Shown in pieces: positions 32,721-41,211 of a stretch of 41,211 nt of DNA (the first letter of the stretch is position 1; every line of letters starts with the position of its first letter). The position numbers and the translations under genes were made by a program. The notes beneath the pieces were generated by a model. The model saw only the letters and a program-made list of their open reading frames with translations. It was not told where the DNA came from and ran no database searches. Source of the stretch: Octopus bimaculoides (Eukaryota); NCBI RefSeq assembly GCF_001194135.2, contig NC_068988.1:90730878-90772088 (forward strand). Reading direction: 5' to 3'.

Positions 32721-35339
32721 CAGTAAGGGGCGAAGAGAAATTTTAAAGAGAGAGAGAGAGAGAGATCTATAACATGTTGTGAAAGAATGATATAGATGGG
32801 GAGATAGTTACAGGATTTATTAACGAAGTGGAGAAGACAAACAGGAGTGGAGTACGGTGGTAGGAAGGTGACGAAAATTTAAAAAGGTGTTTGTAATGAT
32901 GGGGGAAAAGAAACGACTAAATGTCTGAGAATTGTGAAAGCTACTTTGAAATAGTCAATAGAAGGGATGCATTAAACGAGTGAAGGGTTAAAAAAAAAAA
33001 AAAAATGACGTCTAGCAAAGAGAGAGAGAGAGTGGTAGGGGAGTTAAGTATGGTGAGGTGAAGCTTTTTGTTGTACATTGTTAGGGTATTCTTTTTTTGT
33101 TTTTCATATACAAACATTTGACAGACACGATAGGATATCATTTTTGACCCAACTGCAGCAATAGTATGGAGGACAAAGCCGGTGGGATAGGGGTTCTTTT
33201 TCTTTCTTACTCATTTTTTTTTTTTGAATTAGTTTATGGATACCCAGTGAGAGTAAAATGTTTTTATGTAGAGAAACTCAGAAGAAATTCATAGATTGAA
33301 AATATAGGTTGAGATGTAAGCACATATTCTTTACGAAGACCCATTGGAGTAATATACTCATGTTTGAAATAGTTTTTCTTCTTTAGATATGGACATTATT
33401 AGACGGTGATTTTGTGGGGCAAAACTTAGTTTTTGAAGAGTGAAATGTCTAGTAATACAGTAAAGTAAAGAAAAAAAAAATTTGCTTTAGCTACACATAT
33501 TTCATCAGGATTCAGTGAGGACTTGTTTTCAGATTGAGAAATTATACACATACACACGTGTATGTGTGTGTATGCGTATACACAAACACATAAAATAGAG
33601 GAAGGCATAGATGCTCTAAGAACAATCACTGTTAGGAACTTTGTTTCATATATCGTAACAAACTGGAGCAACAGTTGTATTTTAAATTCAATGATGTTTC
33701 AGATACTCAGCATTGACATATTTTTTTTTTCTTTTTACAATAATAATTTAGTGGTTTTATTGCAAAGAGAAAGAGTAAAACCATATATATATTAGTCACT
33801 GTTGGGGATAGTTCCATAGTTTATTATGGATTCATTAAATAGTAATCCCACATATTCATAAATCTCTTTAAACACAAATGCAATCCTGTCCACATAATTT
33901 TTTGCCTTTTTAGATGTCATATCCTTGTTTGTTGATACACAAAGATGACAGTTTTATTTCAGATATAAGACAGTAGGTTTTGTTATAAATACAAGCACCA
34001 GTGGAATCAGGTTTTGCTATCTTGTGAAAGAAAAGATTGTGGGAAGTCTGGATGCAAGAAGAGAGCATCTGATACAGAAAGTATTGTGAAAAAGGCTGCA
34101 ACAGGTTCAAATTCAGATTACAGCTAGTGGTTATAACTCCATAAATCTAAATATTAGAGAAGAAATTTAGTGTACAGCAAGGTACATACTGATGGACCAA
34201 TAGTTTGAGTCTTGTAATGGAAGTGGAGTGGTAGGCTAGGGGGTAAACTACTGTTGCTCAGTAGTCTTTAGGGTCACAAGGCAATGTTGTGTTGAATAGA
34301 AGGAAGAGATGACAGTTTATAAACAGTCACAGACACAGTGCTGCGTCTGTGGTCAAGACCTATTCTACCAAGTTGAAGATAGGTACTATGGGCAGGTACA
34401 TTTCAGTCAGCTAGTATTAAGACATGGAAATGGTAAACATAACTCTAAGCATGCCATCATCTTCTGGCCTTTTGGTACCTTTGAGTTAGGTCTGTCTGAG
34501 GATAGCTTCCTTCTTCCTACCAGTCTCAGAGATCCTGAAAAGGGCCTTGGAACACTGTCTGTTCTCCCTTGGTTAAGCCTTTAGATAAAAAAAACTACTA
34601 TAGATCCCATGAAATAGAACAGCCTATTTTGTTGTAAACAATTACCATGTGAAAGTAGAGTCCATTTAAAAAGAGGGATACCTATATATCAATTGGTAAA
34701 CTGTGCCTTAATGTGCTACAGCTATACAGCTGTATCAGGTGGTACAATTGTCCACCAGGCTGCAAATGAGAACCATAGCAAGAGGGCATTTAACTGACCA
34801 GTGTTCTAGTAGGTTGCAATGACAAGTTCAAATTTTGCCATAGACAAAACCAGCCAACGAAATGATATTTACAAAGATCAGTGAGAGTATTTCGATAGTA
34901 TGTGATAATAAAGTGAAGTACAGAGAGTATTTAAATGGGAATAACACAGAAATGTAGATAAATGTGGAGAGAGAAAAACAAACAAAGAAGCTGAATGTAT
35001 TTGTGGTAACTGTAATATGTCTGTCTGGAGTGTGTTGTGTGCAGATGTGCAATATCTGACATACAAAGATACAAGTTTATGCTTATTAGAAGTTGATGAT
35101 GCGAGACTGTCATATCAGAGAAATGAGAATTGTTATGCTAACCACAAATCTAGACTGTTTTAACCAGAGCCAAACCATCATCCCAAGACATGAGAAATCA
35201 CAAAAGCAGAAGAATTGCTGGAGAAAACACACACATATACACACACACACACTCAAATTAGAGGTTGCAAGATCATTTCTTGGCCTCCATCTGTCTCTCA
35301 TACACATATATCAATAATATAATAATTAATAATAAATAA

Positions 35340-35480
35340 CAGAATAAGTTCAAATCTCTCCAAGGTTGACTTTACCTTTCATCCTTCTGAGGCAATAAAA
35401 TAGCAATTTAAGAATGAAGTATGGGATTGGATATAACTGACCATTCCATCGTACTAAAATTTGTGGCTTCATTCCCATTT
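35340..35480 (+). mobile_element. SINE family D fragment
   Basis: AGTTCAAATC..AAGGTTGACTTTACCTTTCATCC. Confidence 0.6.
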
Positions 35481-35842
35481 TAATAATCACTGTAAATTCA
35501 AATCCTACCTGGTTTAACTTATTCTTTCAGCTCCCTGATGTTGATAAAATAAATGCCAGTCAAATATTGGGGGGGGGGGGGCCCCATTAAATCATATATT
35601 TCTCCACCAAATTTGAGTCCCTGTAAGGATTTCTGCGATTGGCATTAGGATACAGATTTGGAGACAGAGTCAAGTAACTGAAATAAGTGCTGATTTTACT
35701 CTACAAAGTCCTAACTACATTTGAAAGATGCCTTTAGAGAAGGATTAACAGACATTTATCACCAAGAATGTGGTATAGGGAAATTCAAACACCATGTCTT
35801 CAATGACATGGACAGTAAAAAATTTGAAGAGAGAGAGAGAAT

Positions 35843-36152
35843 GTCATCATCATCATCATCATTATCGTTTAACGTCCGCTTTCCATGCTAGCATGGGTTG
35901 GACGATTTGACTGAGGACTGGTGAAACCAGATGGCTACACCAGGCTCCAATCTGATTTGGCAGAGTTTCTACAGCTGGATGCCCTTCCTTACGCCAACCA
36001 CTCAGAGAGTGTAGTGGGTGCTTTTACGTGTCACCGGCACGAAGGCCAGTCAGGCGGTACTGGCAATGGCCACGCTCAAAATGATGTATTTTATGTGCCA
36101 CCCGCACAAGAGCCAGTTCAGGGGCACTGGCAACGATCTTGCTTGAAAATCC
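35843..36152 (-). mobile_element. RTE 3'-tail repeat, inverted
   Basis: (CAT)n then CGTTTAACGTCCGCTTTCCATGCTAGCATGGG...CTGGATGCCCTTCC; reverse complement of the 15960-16313 type. Confidence 0.8.
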
Positions 36153-36186
36153 NNNNNNNNNNNNNNNNNNNNNNNNNNNNNNNNNN

Positions 36187-36229
<43 letters not shown>

Positions 36230-36279
36230 CACACACACACATATGCACACATTTTCTGCTGCAGGCACATGAAATTTTG

Positions 36280-36420
36280 AGAGAGGGAGCTGATTGAGCC
36301 GTGTGATCAATTGGTACTTATTTAATTGACTCCCCCAAAAATGGAAGGCAAAGTCAACCTCGGTGGAATTTGAACACAATGTAAAGACCTAAAAGAAATG
36401 TCACTAAATGTTACCAAAAA
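36280..36420 (-). mobile_element. SINE family D fragment, inverted
   Basis: GGTACTTATTTAATTGAC..GAAGGCAAAGTCAACCTCGGTGGAATTTGAAC. Confidence 0.65.
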
Positions 36421-36687
36421 TGTGGTGTAAGGAAAATTCAAAGACCCAGTCTGAAGTGATGTGAAAAAATAGTAATAATAATGATTTCTAAAATAAGTGC
36501 AATGTAACAGATTTAGTGGAGGAGGGGAGAAAGATAATTAAATCAACCAATTTTATTGACCCCCAAAAACGAAGAAAATCAAAGTCGACACTAGGGAGAG
36601 TTAAAATCAAAAGACAAAGGCTTGTAATTAAATAACCACAAAGTTTTTTGATTGGTGCTCTACTGATTCTGAAATTTAATGAGTAGC

Positions 36688-36726
<39 letters not shown>

Positions 36727-36739
36727 TGATAATGATTTG

Positions 36740-36920
36740 TAACATAGGCACAAAGGCAAAAATTTGAGAAAAATGGAGTACCATTGATAATAGATCAACT
36801 CCAGCACTTGACTGGTACTTTAATTTATTGACAAGATGAAAGGCAAAGCTGACCTGAGCATAGAACATAATGAAATACTATGAGGCATTTTGTCCAGTGC
36901 TTTAACAATTCTACCAATAT
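36740..36920 (-). mobile_element. SINE family D copy, inverted, after an (AAT)n tract
   Basis: CTGGTACTTTAATTTATTGAC..GATGAAAGGCAAAGCTGACCT. Confidence 0.6.
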
Positions 36921-38936
36921 TAACCTTCATTACCATATTTCTGTTGAAATACACAGCTTTTGTTTCAACTAATTTTGGAAATACTGAAGAATTTAATAAA
37001 ACAGCTTTGTCATTATTAAGCTGGTATCTGGAACAAATGAACTTTTAAAGGAAAGTTTTAATTTAAATCACTTTAAAACAGGAAATTTATATCATAGAAC
37101 CAAGGGCGGTATCAACTAGATTGACATCAAAAAGATTAGCAATAATGATTTCTACTGTAGGGGAGGGTCTAGTCAATTATATTTGGGCTTGGAATGCAAA
37201 AAGACAATAACTAAATACTGCAAGACATTTAGTATTGAGCTCAAAACCTATGAGAATTAACTTTGTCTGTCTTGCATGATTCTTGGGCAGATAAAATAAA
37301 ATATCAGTCAAGTACTAGAAAAGATGGAAATAATTGTTATAATGCTGGTGATTTTGATAGAATTGTAAGGGCATTGGATAAAATTCCTAGTAGCATTTGG
37401 TTACAGCTCTTTATATTCCAAGTTCAAAGCCTGCTGAGGTCAACTTGATAAAAGGGTAAAAGAAACAAAAAATTTTTTAAAGAAAAAAAAAAAGATTCAG
37501 TAAAGTATCATGGTTGATAGCATCAACTCTTTCCCCTCCATGTCAAATTTCTAGTCTTCAGCCTATCATAGAAATTGTAATTATTTCCTGTCATGTATGA
37601 AAATATTAAATTAATATTTAGTAGAATGAAAGTACATACATATATTGTTCAGTTCAAAAGAATGACATTTTATCACACTGTGATAGTCAATAAGATATCT
37701 CATTGTAATATAAGCAGTATATCTCAGCATTTGGTGTTAGTGTAGCAATATCAACAGTATTATTACAGGTGGTGATCTCAAGTGTGTACAATATGCTGTC
37801 ATAATGTCATCACTGGTGATATCAACAGTATATCTAATTCTAATACCACTGTAATACTATCAGATTTTATAACTATGATATCAACATATAACAATAACAC
37901 TAATTGTTGAGATATTAACAAATGCTATATCTACACTAAGGTATATACACAAATGATATCAGTATTATAAAAGTGATATACCACTAGATAATGAGAAACT
38001 TACATCACTAGGTAAGATGAATGCTACAACAGTGGTGTATACTATAATATTATGTGTGTCTTATAATAGCAGTACTCTCCACCATATAACGGTCAGTGTG
38101 ATAACAGCAGTATAGCAGCAAGATCAGTGTTACAATAGTGATATATCAAATGGAATGTTGTTATAGCAGTGGTGTACCAACTATAATACTAACATTATTA
38201 AAGGAGCAAATCATAACCTATGAAGACTTTTACAACAGCAGTATACAACTGGAAGAGATCTGTATGATATCAGTTATATATGAATGTATAATATCTAATA
38301 TCAACACAATAATCACAAAATGTATAAATCAGAAGTATAGCAGCTGTATAGCACCTGAAAATGTTATAGCCATATAAGAATGTAGAACAAAATATTTAAT
38401 ATGGCATGATACTAAATTATCCAAAACAGTTATAAATGAAGAATCAGAATTTGTTTAAATTTCTTTTGGATATAAAATTTTTAAATAAATAAAATGATAA
38501 TACAAAAATAAAAATAAAAAAAAAAAAACATTTTCAAATGTATTATAATAGAAATCTTCCAGATATATACCATTATTAATTTATTTACATGAAATAAAAT
38601 AGAATTAAAATTTGGAGAAAAATAAAAAGGAGCAACAGATTTTTCATTTCTTTCTTTTTAAATTAAACAAAACCAAGAACAACACAAAAAGATAAACAAA
38701 TTTACATAAACGCAGGTATATGTGTATACACATCAACATTATGTTAATTGAGAACATTTACGGTTTATAAAACCCATGATAATGAAAATTACGAACAGAA
38801 AAAAAATACAATAAGATGTTTCCACATACAAAGATGCATGTGTGCAAGAGCATACAAATTCATTCATACACATAGAGATGTAAGTGGATGTAGGTCTGAG
38901 TGTGTGTGTGTGTGTGTGTGTATAATAAAATGTTTT

Positions 38937-38974
<38 letters not shown>

Positions 38975-39832
38975 NNNNNNNNNNNNNNNNNNNNNNNNNN
39001 NNNNNNNNNNNNNNNNNNNNNNNNNNNNNNNNTATATATATTGCTGTTTAGCACCCAGATCAACCACAAACCTACCCATGATTAAAACGTGTTCCAATGA
39101 AGATCAATCCACCATTTTGTATGTGAAGGACTACATGGTCCAATATAATCCCTTCTTTATTTAGAAATGGTAGTGTGATATGAAGGAGATTTAGCTGCTA
39201 TTTCTAGCAGATTGAGCAAGTGCATAGAGGTTATATAATTGGCTTGAATGTGAAAATTATGTGTAAAATGAGTTGCAAGCATAGAAGTTTTATCGCCAGT
39301 GGCCAAATGGTTTCAACTTTGGCCCTACTAAATTAGGACATCGGGTGAAAGTCTTCTACCATAACTCAGGTTGGCCAATTCCTTTGCGAGTAGACTCGTG
39401 TGGGTGTGTGTGCGCGCGCGCGCACGGGCGGTGTGAAATTATAAACACGCTGTGATATTTATTCTGCGTGAGTTATGCCCCTTTGAATTACATTGAATTA
39501 TTTACCACTAAAAACCAGAGATCTATAAATAAGTGCCAAACTATTATTGTCAATATAAATAACTGAGAAAACCCTGTAGGTAGAGCCTCAGCACGACCAT
39601 AATTCAAAGACTAAAACCAGTGAAAGAATATGTCTAGTGTGTGTACATCATCAGTAGTTCAGAGATCTGAAAAAGAACACTCTAAAACAATGGGGCAGTA
39701 ATAAATTTAGAAGGTTGTTTATTATGGTTGGTCAGAGAGTGACCATCGGTTTCACACTTATATAGCACTTAGATGTACAGGTGTGAAACCAATATTCATT
39801 TTCTGACCAGCCACAGCAAACAATCTTCTCTT

Positions 39833-39917
<85 letters not shown>

Positions 39918-40454
39918 ATGGTGGTTAGGTCACTCTTGAGTACTACTGGTAACTTGTAATCCAGAACAGCCTGCTGCATGAAGAAAGGGCTGTCGATGAC
40001 TACTGCCAATACCACCAAGCCTGCTTGGTGAGTAGGGTGGTTTTTGGACACCTAAAGGGTGGGGAAATTCAACGGTCATATGATTACGTAATCACATTAT
40101 ATATATATATATTTATTATAAATAACATATATATATATATATATATCAAATATATATATAAAATATAAATGTGAGGACTTAGAAATTACTGGCTTCATTC
40201 CCAGATGTGCATTTTCCAAACTCTAAGCTCTGGCAAAGGCAACTAACCCAACTGTTGGAGGACTCAAACAGAAAAGCCTGACATTTGTTCATTGAGTTTG
40301 TGGCAAAGATTTGGATCAACTCTTTGCTGTCAGCATCTCCAAAAAGAGTGGCTGGTCTTACACAAGCCTTCACCACTGAAAACAAATCAACCATGCAGGT
40401 AGGCTAAAAGCTGTAAGATTAACTGTTACGCTGTAGTAGGTGTAAGAATCCACT

Positions 40455-40495
<41 letters not shown>

Positions 40496-40819
40496 TACAT
40501 ATACTTATACACACACACTCAAGAACAAGCATATGCATGCATTTATGATGATGTGCATGTACGCACACACACACACATATACATACACATATATTAATTT
40601 GCAACAATTTTTCCATGCTTGCATGGTTTTGACAAATAGGTTAATGAGGATTGCTTAGCAGCCAAATGCCCCCAATTGTAACTAAGCCTTGCCTGTTCAC
40701 AAGCAAAGGATCTCTTCTTCCATGAGACTTTGATGAAGCAAAGTGAGCCAGAGGTAAACAAACACACTGACACACACATACCTGCATATGCAGACAGGCT
40801 CCCACCACACTCACACATG

Positions 40820-41060
40820 TACACCAGTCATCTTTCAGTTTTTGTCTACAAAAGGCTTAATTTGGCTAGGGTTGGAGTAAAATCCTGAACTCACATGGTT
40901 AGGAAGTAAACCTCTTAACCATAAAATCTGAGCCTAATATATGACAAGCTGCCACAGTTTCTGTCTACCAAATTTCACTCAAAAGTTACTGCTCAACTTG
41001 AGCTACAATCTTGTAATAGAAGATACTTATCAAAGTGTAGAGAAATCAAACCAAGAAATA
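40820..41060 (-). mobile_element. SINE family A fragment, inverted
   Basis: TTTCTGTCTACCAAATTTCACTCA..TAGAAGATACTT matches the family A reverse complement. Confidence 0.6.
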
Positions 41061-41124
41061 TATATGGGAGGTAGTGAAGTAACATTCTTAATCAGACGAC
41101 CACACCTGTACTTGCATGCACACA

Positions 41125-41129
41125 TATGT

Positions 41130-41211
<82 letters not shown>
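41125..41211. repeat. (GT)n(AT)n microsatellite
   Basis: Directly visible. Confidence 0.95.

Noticed and set aside
1-41211. CRISPR arrays, rRNA genes, prokaryotic operons
   Set aside because: No regular repeat-spacer arrays or rRNA-like sequence; the window is intron-containing eukaryotic DNA.

Overview
AT-rich, repeat-dense eukaryotic DNA with several N gaps. The SINE/LINE families and microsatellite load suggest an octopus genome (inference from recalled repeat families). The only host gene I can support is the 3' part of a TLC-domain membrane protein gene, TLCD4/TMEM56-like, on the + strand: four GT-AG exons at 4975-5033, 9806-9900, 12204-12277 and 24483-24786. Its 5' exons lie upstream of the window or in a gap. 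The rest is tRNA-derived SINEs, decayed LINEs (RTE, CR1-like, R4/Dong-like), a hAT remnant, an internally deleted DD37D (maT) element, MITE-like palindromes, Penelope-like remnants and microsatellites. Most ORFs in the six-frame track are artefacts of simple repeats or gaps. The most interesting signals are two minimal hammerhead-ribozyme-like folds in TLCD4 introns, a stem-loop shared between SINE and LINE 3' tails, a SINE-in-LINE-next-to-hAT nest, and several long hairpins. TE boundaries are approximate unless a TSD or TIR is quoted.
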